A stretch of DNA of 64,000 bases from IMG/VR virus record IMGVR_UViG_3300038393_002515. One strand, 5' to 3'. The notes under the pieces are model-generated. The model saw nothing but the letters and a program-made list of their open reading frames with translations. It did not search any database and was not told the origin of the DNA. The position numbers and the translations under genes were made by a program. The DNA is from a virus. Shown here one piece after another: positions 36,700 to 45,090 of this stretch; position 1 is the stretch's first letter; every line of letters starts with the position of its first letter.

Positions 36700-36715
36700 G
36701 GCTTTTGTATGAAGT
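36700..36715. repeat. AT-rich 16-bp inverted repeat, right arm
   Basis: GGCTTTTGTATGAAGT. Confidence 0.7.
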
Positions 36716-36863
36716 GACCGTATCCGGGTGGGAACGCCGGATGACCTGGGGTGCTGCAGAAGGGTTCGGCGGCTGGCGGGCCGCGTGGCGGATACCCCGA
36801 TCCTGCCACGGCCTCCACGGCGGAGGCCAGCAGCGCCGCGCCCCATTTCGCTAGGCTCCGCCC

Positions 36864-37259
36864 ATGCGAAGCACCGAGCCCGACCAGCCCCTCCACCCCG
36901 ACGACATGCCCCCCGAACTGCGGGCCGCCCTGGCCAAGATGAGCGAACGCGGCAACGTCGTCGACCTCGGCACCGGCGACGTCGTCGCCAAGGACGGCCA
37001 CCTCGTCGGCGACCTCGTCGCCTGCCAGGAATGCGCCCGCGCCGTCGCCCTCGGCTGGTGGGGCTCCACCGCCCGCCACTGCGGCGACCCGGGCTCCCCC
37101 GTCTGCCAGCTGTGCAGCGAAGGCGAAGCCACCCTGACGGCCACGGCCTGGTTCTCGCTGACACTGGAGCTGATCATCCGCAACACCGCCAGCGGCGCCC
37201 GGCGCACCTGGCGCGACGACTCCGTCAAAGGGCTCGGCATCACCCCGCCGCAGACATGA
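36864..37259 (+). CDS. hypothetical Cys-containing protein
   Basis: GC3-rich ORF with CQEC and CQLC pairs. Confidence 0.5.
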   Translation: MRSTEPDQPLHPDDMPPELRAALAKMSERGNVVDLGTGDVVAKDGHLVGDLVACQECARAVALGWWGSTARHCGDPGSPVCQLCSEGEATLTATAWFSLTLELIIRNTASGARRTWRDDSVKGLGITPPQT

Positions 37260-37411
37260 CGGTCCCGCCGGAGCGCGTCCGGGGGGAGGACAATGCGCAG
37301 CGTCGGCGGGACCTTGGCAGGCGTGTACCCGGGTCCCGCTTCTTCATGCGCACGCGAAAGGCCCCGCCCATGCGCCACGGGGGTAGCGCACGAGCGGGGC
37401 CGTCTGAGGGG

Positions 37412-38416
37412 TCAGGCTCCGGCGACCTTCCGGCGCCGGGTCGCGGGCCCGGAGGAGGCGCGGTGGCCGCCGTCCGGGGTGAAGACCCGCGTGGCCATGG
37501 CGGCCTGGGTGAGGTGGTCGGCGATGGCGCGGGAGATGACCATGCCGGTGGTGACCTCCACGAACCCGAACTGGCCCGAGGGGTTGGCCTCCAGGAACCA
37601 CCAGGTGCCATTGTGGTCGACCGCGAAGTCCAGGGCTGCGTACGCCAGGTCCAGCCTGCGCATCAGCGCCGTTACCTTCTTGGCCATCGGCAGCGTTATC
37701 GGCGCCGCCTCGTAGTGCTGCTCGTCCTCCGGCACGGCCCGCCAGTCCAGGCCGTCGGCGGTGATCTTGCAGGGGAACATGCGGTCCCCGATCACCGTCA
37801 GCCGGATGTCGTGCGTCTTGGCGATCGGCTGCTGGAAGTAGTGCACCCCGCGCTGGATGTTCTCCCAGCTGTCCCGGATCTCCTGGGTGGAGACCAGGCG
37901 GGCCTGCACGAAGCGGTCCGGGTGGCCGACGAGCGTCTTGCACACCACCTGGCCGCCGCACTCCTCGGCGAACACGGCGGCCTTGTCGGGCTCGTTGGTG
38001 AACAGCGCGTCCGGGGTACGGAAGCCGAGGTCGCGTGCCGTCTTGAGCTGCACCGGCCCCGGCCGGGCGGCCAGGGACCGGTGCGGGTGGTTCACCCACA
38101 GCACATCGCTCAGGCCGTACAGGAAGGACTCCAGGATGGTCCTGGACTCCGTCTGCGCCCATTCGGCCGGGTGCTCCGGATGCCACCAGAAGACCGACAC
38201 GATCGACGCCGACAGGGTGGTGCGGTGGCCGTCGTCGACGGTGAACCGCAGCGGCTCGCCGTCGGCCATGCCGGTCATGCGCAGCACGCCGGGCCGGGCC
38301 AGGTCGTTGGGGTCGATCCGGTGGACGTCCATGTCGCGGTCGGCGAGGTGCCGCACGACGAGATCGGCACCTACGTCATTGGGTGCGGCGACCATGAGCA
38401 CTGTGGGAGGGAGCAT
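37412..38416 (-). CDS. ATP-grasp ribosomal-peptide maturase (graspetide ligase)
   Basis: About 330 aa with MvdC/MvdD-like architecture (LKTARDLGF, VVCKTL, WWFLEANPSGQF). It starts 2 nt after the precursor gene's stop. Confidence 0.8.
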   Translation of the reverse strand: MLPPTVLMVAAPNDVGADLVVRHLADRDMDVHRIDPNDLARPGVLRMTGMADGEPLRFTVDDGHRTTLSASIVSVFWWHPEHPAEWAQTESRTILESFLYGLSDVLWVNHPHRSLAARPGPVQLKTARDLGFRTPDALFTNEPDKAAVFAEECGGQVVCKTLVGHPDRFVQARLVSTQEIRDSWENIQRGVHYFQQPIAKTHDIRLTVIGDRMFPCKITADGLDWRAVPEDEQHYEAAPITLPMAKKVTALMRRLDLAYAALDFAVDHNGTWWFLEANPSGQFGFVEVTTGMVISRAIADHLTQAAMATRVFTPDGGHRASSGPATRRRKVAGA

Positions 38417-38418
38417 GA

Positions 38419-38697
38419 TCAGTCGTCGTCCTTCGTGGTGCCGGAGGAGTTGACGGTGTAGGAGGGGCCGAAGAGCATCGACTTGGCCGGGGGCGGGGCG
38501 ACCCAGTCGTCGTCCTTCTTCGTGCCGGAGGAGTTGGTGGTGATGGTCTCGTTGGCCAGCTCGTGCCGGGCGACGTCGATGACGGGGGTGCCGCAGGAGG
38601 CCACGTTGAGCTGGCGGGCCCGGTCGTAGGTGAAGGCCGGAGTGCGGTCGGTGACCAGCGGGGGGCGCTCTGCGAGGAGGGCGAACGGAGAGGTCAT
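38419..38697 (-). CDS. graspetide (omega-ester peptide) precursor with two core repeats
   Basis: Leader SPFALLAE resembles the microviridin PFFARFL box. The cores are TTNSSGTKKDDD and TVNSSGTTKDDD. Confidence 0.7.
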   Translation of the reverse strand: MTSPFALLAERPPLVTDRTPAFTYDRARQLNVASCGTPVIDVARHELANETITTNSSGTKKDDDWVAPPPAKSMLFGPSYTVNSSGTTKDDD

Positions 38698-38785
38698 GGT
38701 GGGATCCTTCCGAGCGTTGAGGGGAGCCTAGCGCGAGGCGGGGCTCAACTCGCCCCTGTGCGGGGCGGGTTCACTCATGAAGTTA

Positions 38786-38835
38786 TGACATATTCTCAGA
38801 TCGGAAAAAGTCCTCGGCGCGACTTGGCATATGCC
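38786..38835. repeat. cassette-flanking inverted repeat, left
   Basis: TGACATATTCTCA...GACTTGGCATATGCC. Confidence 0.6.
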
Positions 38836-38889
38836 ACTCCTGTCGGGCCCGCTCCGGCCAGCTCCAAGGGCTGGAGAGAGGAGCCCGCC

Positions 38890-39138
38890 ATGCCGCCCCG
38901 TCAGAAGAAGCCCGCCCGCACCGCCATCCGTCTCCCCGTCTGGCCCGAGCGGGCCTGCCGCGATCTGGTCGCCGGGGAGTTCGCCAACCACTCCTGCGAC
39001 GTTGTCGAGGGCCACCTGGGCCCGCACGCCTCGACGTCCGTGCCGATCTCCGTGGAGACGCGGCTGGCGTGGGAGAACAAGAACCTCGACAAGCTGGAGC
39101 CGACCGAGGCCGCCGACCCCTTCGTGAACGCGCTGTGA
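38890..39138 (+). CDS. hypothetical protein
   Basis: GGAGAGAGGAG SD precedes ATG 38890. Confidence 0.45.
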   Translation: MPPRQKKPARTAIRLPVWPERACRDLVAGEFANHSCDVVEGHLGPHASTSVPISVETRLAWENKNLDKLEPTEAADPFVNAL

Positions 39139-39338
39139 GCGGCGCTGAGCAGTTCCCGGCGCCGCCGACGGCCGATCCCGCCATCGCCCTCCACGACGCG
39201 GCCGTGGCGGCCCTGCAGCGCCTGCACAACTGGCTGGCGGTGAACCGGCCCAAGACGTTGGCGGCCGCCGCCGGGGGCGAGGACGCGGTCGAGGTCGCCG
39301 TGCGACTGCTGGAGCAACTCCCACCGGAGCGCGCGTGA
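39135..39338 (+). CDS. hypothetical protein
   Basis: GTGA overlap. Confidence 0.45.
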   Translation: MSGAEQFPAPPTADPAIALHDAAVAALQRLHNWLAVNRPKTLAAAAGGEDAVEVAVRLLEQLPPERA

Positions 39339-39634
39339 TGGGTGTCCGCGACCGCAGCAGTTCGCCGACCGAGTGGTGCGACTGGTGGACCGGGGTGCAC
39401 CCGCTGGCACCCCACATCGCCTACGGCTGGGTGCCCGAAGGGCTGACGGCAGACCCGTCCGACCCCAACCCCTGGTTCTGGCACTGGTGTTCTCAGCAGG
39501 GCCGGTGGATGGCGCAGGCGACACCCGACCACACCCTCGTCTCGCGCGAGCCGCTCCACATGGAGCCGTCTCTGCTGTGGCCGTGTTGCGGTACGCACGG
39601 GTTCGTCCGGGATGGCCAGTGGATCGACGTGTGA
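39335..39634 (+). CDS. Trp/Cys-rich small protein
   Basis: GTGATG overlap; EPSLLWPCCGTHGFVRDGQW tail. Confidence 0.5.
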   Translation: MMGVRDRSSSPTEWCDWWTGVHPLAPHIAYGWVPEGLTADPSDPNPWFWHWCSQQGRWMAQATPDHTLVSREPLHMEPSLLWPCCGTHGFVRDGQWIDV

Positions 39635-39641
39635 GCGTCCC

Positions 39642-39688
39642 GGCATATGCCAAGTCAGAGAATTCTCGCGGGAAGTGAGAAAATGTCA
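39642..39688. repeat. cassette-flanking inverted repeat, right
   Basis: GGCATATGCCAAGTC...TGAGAAAATGTCA. Confidence 0.6.
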
Positions 39689-39827
39689 CCCGCCCGGGTG
39701 CATACTGGTCTCACTTCGGCCTCACGGCCGGAGCAGACCCTGACTCCGTACAGCTCGTGCGGTGCCTGCAGACTCTGCCGCCGCGCAAGCTGAGGGTCGA
39801 CTGCGTCACAAGGAGATACCCCCGAAG

Positions 39828-39869
39828 CAAGAGGCCCTCACCAGCCGTCCCGCCGGTGAGGGCCTCTTG
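39828..39869. terminator. hairpin terminator
   Basis: 15-bp stem CAAGAGGCCCTCACC/GGTGAGGGCCTCTTG. Confidence 0.65.
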
Positions 39870-39897
39870 TCGTGCCGGATCGAGCGGGATGAGAACG

Positions 39898-40383
39898 TCA
39901 GTCCTCGTCGAAGACGTCGCCGGACTCCTCGGCGGCCATCCGGTCCAGCTGCTCCTCGAAGGCCTGCTGGATAGGGCCCATGCGCGGCTCGACCGGCACA
40001 CCGGTGCGGGCCTCCTCGGCCTCGGCCTCCAGAATCATCTGGTGGCGCTCCTCCAGCAGGGCACGCCACAGAGCCACGGAGCCGTTCTGGACCTTGTAGC
40101 GATGCCCCTGGTACTCCGCCTGGAAGGCGCCGAGGTGGGCCTTCATCGGGCCCGTGAACTTCACCGACGCCTTCGTCACGACGGACAGCCTGGTGCCCAT
40201 CCGGCCGCCCGGCGCCAGCATGAAGTTGAGCTGGGGCTTGGACGGCGCCGACGGCTCCGGCTCCGGGGTGGGGTCGGGGACGGCCTGCAGCACCCGCTCG
40301 GGGGGCTGCTCCTGCTCGGTCCGGGCAGCGGCCTGTGCCGCCGCACGCCGTGCTGCCCGCGCGGGACTCTGCTTCTTACCCAT
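39898..40383 (-). CDS. hypothetical protein
   Basis: GC3-rich; basic N-terminus and acidic C-terminus. Confidence 0.55.
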   Translation of the reverse strand: MGKKQSPARAARRAAAQAAARTEQEQPPERVLQAVPDPTPEPEPSAPSKPQLNFMLAPGGRMGTRLSVVTKASVKFTGPMKAHLGAFQAEYQGHRYKVQNGSVALWRALLEERHQMILEAEAEEARTGVPVEPRMGPIQQAFEEQLDRMAAEESGDVFDED

Positions 40384-40414
40384 GACGACCTCCCACGGTG
40401 ATAGGCACCCAGTC

Positions 40415-40440
40415 TAACCGCATCAACGGACATGCGGTTA
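40415..40440. repeat. 9-8-9 palindrome at the 3' end of int (candidate recombination core)
   Basis: TAACCGCAT-CAACGGAC-ATGCGGTTA, followed by an extra TGCGGTT half-site. Confidence 0.45.
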
Positions 40441-41403
40441 TGCGGTTTTTCCTTGATCGGGCGTCGCCAGGAACTTCGCCAGGTCGTACACCGGCGACTC
40501 GTCCAGGTCACCCCGGGACAGGTCGTAGCGGGTCGTGGTGCGTGGGTCGGCGTGGCCGAGGAAGCGCTGGACCTTCCGCAGCGGCACCTTGGCGTCCAGC
40601 ATCAGCGTGGCGCAGGTGTGTCGCAGGCCATGCGGGGAGATCCGTGTGACCCGGGCGGCCCGGCAGGAGCGGGAGACGATGACGGCGATGCGCCGGTTGG
40701 TCAGCCGGGCGCCGTCGGCGCACAGGATCAGCGGGTCCTCGGGCTGGCGGTGGGGCCGCATCGCGAGGTGGGCGTCGAGCGCCTTCGCCGCGTCCGGCGG
40801 CACCACGAGCGTCTGCTTCTTCGTCCGCTTGCGGGTGACCTGCAGCGTGCGGTGGCCGCGCTCGCCGTCGTAGTGCTGCACGTTGGCGCTCTCCAGCTCG
40901 GCCGAGCGCAGCCCCATGCCCAGCAGCACCTCGCAGACGGCCGAGTCCACCGCCCCGTACTCCCGGGCCATCTTGCGGAAGGCGCGGGCTTGCGCCCTGT
41001 CCAGGCCGAGCGTCTGCGACTCCTCGGAGACCTCGACGCGGTGCTTGCGCCGGTACGGCGAGCGCCGGATCTCGTACGCCTGCTCGTACTCGTCCAGGCC
41101 GAACTCGTACCAGCCGCTCATGGCGCTGAGCGCCTGGTTCACCGAGGACGGGGCGAACACCTCCTGCAGGTCGGCCGACCACTGCGCGGAGTGTTCACGG
41201 CGGGCCGCCAGCGGGGAGACCCCGTTGTCGAGCGTCCAGTCGAACCACGCCTCGATGCACCGCTTGTAGGCAGCGCGAGTGTGGGCGTTGCGGTGCTCCA
41301 GCAGCCACTGCCGCTCGATCTCCCCGCACACCCGGCGGATGTACGCCTCGTTCTCGTCCAGCTGCAGCGCGCCCGCCGGGGCGACGACCAGGTCAGTGGT
41401 CAT
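40438..41403 (-). CDS. int: tyrosine recombinase / integrase
   Basis: GLRSAEL (Arg), HGLRHTCAT (HxxR) and LGHADPRTTTRY (His/Tyr). ATG 41403 overlaps the upstream stop. Confidence 0.85.
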   Translation of the reverse strand: MTTDLVVAPAGALQLDENEAYIRRVCGEIERQWLLEHRNAHTRAAYKRCIEAWFDWTLDNGVSPLAARREHSAQWSADLQEVFAPSSVNQALSAMSGWYEFGLDEYEQAYEIRRSPYRRKHRVEVSEESQTLGLDRAQARAFRKMAREYGAVDSAVCEVLLGMGLRSAELESANVQHYDGERGHRTLQVTRKRTKKQTLVVPPDAAKALDAHLAMRPHRQPEDPLILCADGARLTNRRIAVIVSRSCRAARVTRISPHGLRHTCATLMLDAKVPLRKVQRFLGHADPRTTTRYDLSRGDLDESPVYDLAKFLATPDQGKTA

Positions 41404-41795
41404 GACGTGATCTTGCCGTACCTCTCCTCGATCTCGGCCTTGCACGGCCTGCAGGTGCTGTGCCCGTACGTCCAGGCCGTCTTGTCGAACTGGTCGCGGT
41501 CGAGCCAGCGGAAGCACGAGCCGCACAGCTCCTGGCCCTCCGTGGGCGGGCCCGAGTGCAGGCGCCAGCCGGTCTTGCGCTCCTTGCCCTGCTTGGTGGT
41601 GCCGGACTCGTGCAGGTTGCGGCGGGCGATCCAGCGGAAGCCGCCCAGGCGCTGGCCGCCGGACGGGTCCCAGACCTTGATCCTGTCGCCGTCCACGCTC
41701 CACACGACGAACGGCTTGTGGCGCGTCTCCCCCCAGAGGTAGTCCGTCTTGCACGGCACGTACGTCTGTTCCGGCAGCACCTCGAAGTCACTCAC
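41400..41795 (-). CDS. hypothetical protein
   Basis: GTG 41795 (VSDFEVLPE...) with overlaps at both ends; CGSC and CRPC pairs. Confidence 0.55.
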   Translation of the reverse strand: MSDFEVLPEQTYVPCKTDYLWGETRHKPFVVWSVDGDRIKVWDPSGGQRLGGFRWIARRNLHESGTTKQGKERKTGWRLHSGPPTEGQELCGSCFRWLDRDQFDKTAWTYGHSTCRPCKAEIEERYGKITS

Positions 41796-42085
41796 GAGTC
41801 CCCCTTGGTCAGCTTGGCCACGGTGGCCTCCAGGTTGGCGATGCGCTGCTGCTGATAGACGAGCAGGCTGGCGAGGCGCTCGATGGCGTCGCTCTGGATC
41901 TCCCGGTAGTCGCCGGGGTCGTCCGGCGTGACGGCGTCGCACAACGCGGAGTTGACGTCCTGGGCGGTCACGGAGCCGACTCGGGTGCGTGCGGCGCACC
42001 ACTCGCCGACGGGCTCTCCGTTCCAGGCGTCGACACCGATGGCGGGTTCGTCGCCGCAGTAGCAGATGTTCGTGTTGGCGGTCAC
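41792..42085 (-). CDS. hypothetical protein
   Basis: GTG 42085 is preferred because the TTG-42154 extension has low GC3. Confidence 0.5.
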   Translation of the reverse strand: MTANTNICYCGDEPAIGVDAWNGEPVGEWCAARTRVGSVTAQDVNSALCDAVTPDDPGDYREIQSDAIERLASLLVYQQQRIANLEATVAKLTKGDS

Positions 42086-42116
42086 GGAGAGATTTTTACA
42101 TACCCCCCGAGGGTTC

Positions 42117-42142
42117 GCGTCGATAATGCCAGTTATCGACGC
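42117..42142. promoter_or_regulatory. 9-8-9 palindrome upstream of the int operon (candidate operator)
   Basis: GCGTCGATA-ATGCCAGT-TATCGACGC in an AT-richer gap. Confidence 0.45.
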
Positions 42143-42154
42143 GTAGATGATCAA

Positions 42155-42180
42155 GAAAAAGGCCCCGCCGTCGCGGGGCC
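42155..42180 (-). terminator. intrinsic terminator
   Basis: On the minus strand: GGCCCCGC-GACG-GCGGGGCC followed by TTTTT. Confidence 0.7.
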
Positions 42181-42184
42181 AGAC

Positions 42185-42673
42185 TCAGGGGCGCTCGTCC
42201 GGCTCCAGGAAGAGGCCGGTGTGAGCCACCGGCGCGCGGCGCGACTCCTCCGGCGCGGGAGGTTGGTGCTGCTGCGTCCCGTCGTCCTTGGCGTTGCGCT
42301 GGATGTTCCTGACGGCGATCCAGGTCCGGGAGATCGAGGTGGTGCGGTACCTGGTGATTCTCGTGGAGTCGAGATTCAGCAGGACGCCGTACCGGCCGAT
42401 CCGGCGGGGCGCTTCCAGGCGGAGTTGCGGCAGCTCACGGTGCTGGTAGACCCGGCCCGCCACGGCGCTGTAGGTGAGCAGCTCCACAAGGTGCTGGGCG
42501 GCCAGGTCCTCCGAGACGCCGTGGATGCGACTGTAGGTCTGCGCGGTCGCGGGAGAGACGTTTACCAGGCGGCCGAGGGCGGCGGCCTCCTCCGAGGTGA
42601 AGCCGTTCGTTTCCGCCCAGTCGGGATGGTTCGGCTTGAACCAACTCTCGTTCGTGCGCCCCCTGTCAGTCAT
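42185..42673 (-). CDS. hypothetical protein
   Basis: GC3-rich ORF. Confidence 0.55.
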   Translation of the reverse strand: MTDRGRTNESWFKPNHPDWAETNGFTSEEAAALGRLVNVSPATAQTYSRIHGVSEDLAAQHLVELLTYSAVAGRVYQHRELPQLRLEAPRRIGRYGVLLNLDSTRITRYRTTSISRTWIAVRNIQRNAKDDGTQQHQPPAPEESRRAPVAHTGLFLEPDERP

Positions 42674-42773
42674 GACGGCAGCGTACCGTCGCCGCGTCCT
42701 ACCGCGCTGTGGCTCTTACGGAGTCGACAGGAGGGGTAACGGAGGTAACCGCACCTATCGCGGCCCGGCAGGG

Positions 42774-43049
42774 CTATCCACCCTGCGCGTAGGCGCGCGC
42801 CTCGTCGTACTCGGCGGCGCAGAGGGCGCAGTCGTCGGTCAGCTCGGCGTGGCCGTGCTGCCAGCGTGCCTGGATGAAGAAGTACCGGCGCGAGGGACCG
42901 TAGGGGCCTGTCGGATCTGCGCCACGCCCGAGGACGCACCTGGCGTCCTGGCAAGCGTGGTCGTCGATGAGCGGTGCATAGATCAGGGGTGTGCCGTGGA
43001 TGGGGCACACGCAGGTCTCGTCGCACCGGTGCGGCATGGTGGCGGCCAT
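42774..43049 (-). CDS. hypothetical Cys-rich protein
   Basis: ATG 43049 chosen; start uncertain. Confidence 0.4.
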   Translation of the reverse strand: MAATMPHRCDETCVCPIHGTPLIYAPLIDDHACQDARCVLGRGADPTGPYGPSRRYFFIQARWQHGHAELTDDCALCAAEYDEARAYAQGG

Positions 43050-43279
43050 GGGGGAAGCGTACGGCCCTCCCGGGCGCCGTGCGGCGCCGCACCCCTCGGC
43101 ATAGTCGCGCCACCCGCGCGCCTCGAACGCAGGTTCGATAACGTGGGGCGCGGACCGAGAGGAGGTGTCCGAGCCGTCCGAGCGCAGGATCGCTCTCACA
43201 GAACTGTGTCGACGTCGAGAAGTTGAACATCGCTCACATCGCTCAACATACGTGCTGCCTGCACGAACGTTGCACCCAC

Positions 43280-43294
43280 CCCCTTGATGGGGTA
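43280..43294 (+). repeat. 15-nt direct repeat, copy 1
   Basis: CCCCTTGATGGGGTA. Confidence 0.65.
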
Positions 43295-43424
43295 GGTTCG
43301 CGATTGCCTCGACATTCAACAATTTCGCCTTGATGTGATGTCGTTCAGTACCCGCCACCAGGCGCATTCACATCGGGCAAAGAAGGCATTAGTGCGCATG
43401 TAACGATACGAGAAAAGGCAGGCC

Positions 43425-43895
43425 ATGAGTGGGGAGTCCACTGCCGATAGCGACCCGGAATCCCGCCCCGAGTCCTTTCGGCTTGAACACCGCAACCGCA
43501 AAATGCCAAAACGCGCGTATCTCATGGGAATAGGGGGCCTGGTGCTCGGCCTTTTTGCCGGGTTCTCCATAGCCTCCCAGTCCGTACCTCCTGCGCCGCT
43601 GCCCTCGGTCGCGCCGCACACCCTGCAGACGCCTACGGCCTGGACCATCCCGGGGGAGGGCGAGTTCCTCGTCGGCGCGGACAGCCTGGCCGACGTCCGC
43701 CCCGGCCTGTACCGCTCGTCGCGCAACACCGAGCGGTGCATGTGGCAGCGGGAGAAGGACGCCACCGGCGAACATGTCATCGCCAGTGACAGTGCCGAAG
43801 GCATCACCTATGTCGAGCTGCACGCCGGTGAGTTCTTCGACACGTCGAGCTGCACCACCTGGCATCGCGTCGACGGCCCTGGGGCGCCCAGGTGA
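43425..43895 (+). CDS. membrane-anchored/secreted protein
   Basis: A single N-terminal TM segment (YLMGIGGLVLGLFAGFSIA). Confidence 0.55.
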   Translation: MSGESTADSDPESRPESFRLEHRNRKMPKRAYLMGIGGLVLGLFAGFSIASQSVPPAPLPSVAPHTLQTPTAWTIPGEGEFLVGADSLADVRPGLYRSSRNTERCMWQREKDATGEHVIASDSAEGITYVELHAGEFFDTSSCTTWHRVDGPGAPR

Positions 43896-43901
43896 CGGAG
43901 A

Positions 43902-43916
43902 CCCCTTGATGGGGTA
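43902..43916 (+). repeat. 15-nt direct repeat, copy 2
   Basis: CCCCTTGATGGGGTA. Confidence 0.65.
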
Positions 43917-43926
43917 CTAAATACAG

Positions 43927-43963
43927 GCGAGGCCCCGCCGAACTTTCCTCGGCGGGGCCTCGC
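43927..43963. terminator. bidirectional hairpin terminator
   Basis: 15-bp stem GCGAGGCCCCGCCGA/TCGGCGGGGCCTCGC. Confidence 0.65.
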
Positions 43964-43979
43964 TGTGTCTGAGGGAAGA

Positions 43980-44192
43980 TCAGACGGTCAGGCCGTCGAC
44001 GAACGCCGCCCAGGCCTCGGGCCGGAAGGCGAGAATGCGGGCGTCGGCGGAGTCCTGCTTGCTGTCGTAGACGCCGACGGCGGCCACGGCACCCGTGGTG
44101 TCCTGCTGGATTCCCTGGAAAACGCAGTTCTCGCCCGAACCGCTCTCGCTCGACTTGTGCCAGCCGGTGAACTGCTCCTTCGTGTACTGCAT
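43980..44192 (-). CDS. DUF397 (BldB-like) protein
   Basis: WHKSSESGSGENCVFQG signature. Confidence 0.8.
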   Translation of the reverse strand: MQYTKEQFTGWHKSSESGSGENCVFQGIQQDTTGAVAAVGVYDSKQDSADARILAFRPEAWAAFVDGLTV

Positions 44193-44223
44193 GGACTGCG
44201 TTCCTTTCATCGGTTTCCCCGGC

Positions 44224-45090
44224 TCACAAGCGGCTGAGGAAGTTGTGGAGGTACCGGCGGGAATCCGGTACCGACAGGGCTTGGCTCTGCAGCCTGTCAT
44301 AACGGGCACGGTACATGGAAACCTGCTCTTCGTCCTCGAAGAACGTTCCGTCTCCGTACCCCTCACGAAACGTCAACTCCACGTCAACTACGGTCAGTAG
44401 AGTGAAGGATCCAGACATCCCGGCGTGCAGGCCCGAGGCCAGAGGGAGGATCTGGATGCTGGCCCTCGTCTCTCCCAGGTTGAGCAGGTGTTGGATCTGT
44501 TCGCGATGCGCCTCGACGTCCCCCTCGGCAGGGGGCGTCAGGACCGCAGCCTCTCCTATGATCGCCCACACCTGCGGCGGGTGTTCGGTCTGCAGCAACT
44601 TCTTGCGCGTCTCACGCAGCGCCAAGTGCCCCTCGATCACCCCCGGATCCACCAGCGGCTGGCCCGGCTGGGCCAGATTGCCCCTGCGGATGGCCTCCTC
44701 GGAGGTTCGCGCCGTCTGCAGGAGGCCGGGGATGACGTACGGCTCCCAGGTACGCAGGGCGGTCGCCATGCTCTCCGCGTCGGCATAGTCGGTGTAGGTG
44801 GGCCCGAGACGGCTGGCCACACCAAGCGGAGCGCGCTCCTTGGCCCGGGTCGCCCACTCCTCCATGCGCTCGATCTGCCGGGAGTCGCTGATCCCGTAGA
44901 TACGGCAGTAGGCGCCGATCATGCCCTTCTTGACGGCCGTGTGACCGGACTCGTTCCGGTAGATCGTCGGCACAGACAGGCCGATCTTGTCGGCGACCTC
45001 CTTGGCTGTAAGTCCGGCCTCGTCACGGGCCAGCTTGAGCATGCGCCCGAGGATGCGTCTGCGGATGGTAGGCAGCGATCCGTACGCCAC
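44224..45090 (-). CDS. XRE-family HTH regulator, WhiJ/Scr1-like (DUF5753-type C-domain)
   Basis: LKLARDEAGLTAKEVADKIGLSVPTIYRNESG. GTG 45090 after GAGGGGAGGA. Confidence 0.8.
   Translation of the reverse strand: MAYGSLPTIRRRILGRMLKLARDEAGLTAKEVADKIGLSVPTIYRNESGHTAVKKGMIGAYCRIYGISDSRQIERMEEWATRAKERAPLGVASRLGPTYTDYADAESMATALRTWEPYVIPGLLQTARTSEEAIRRGNLAQPGQPLVDPGVIEGHLALRETRKKLLQTEHPPQVWAIIGEAAVLTPPAEGDVEAHREQIQHLLNLGETRASIQILPLASGLHAGMSGSFTLLTVVDVELTFREGYGDGTFFEDEEQVSMYRARYDRLQSQALSVPDSRRYLHNFLSRL

Noticed and set aside
40438-41754. 438-aa version of the integrase
   Set aside because: The extra 116 N-terminal residues are Arg/Pro/Gly-rich and overlap gene 41400..41795 in another frame. ATG 41403 gives a normal ~320-aa recombinase.
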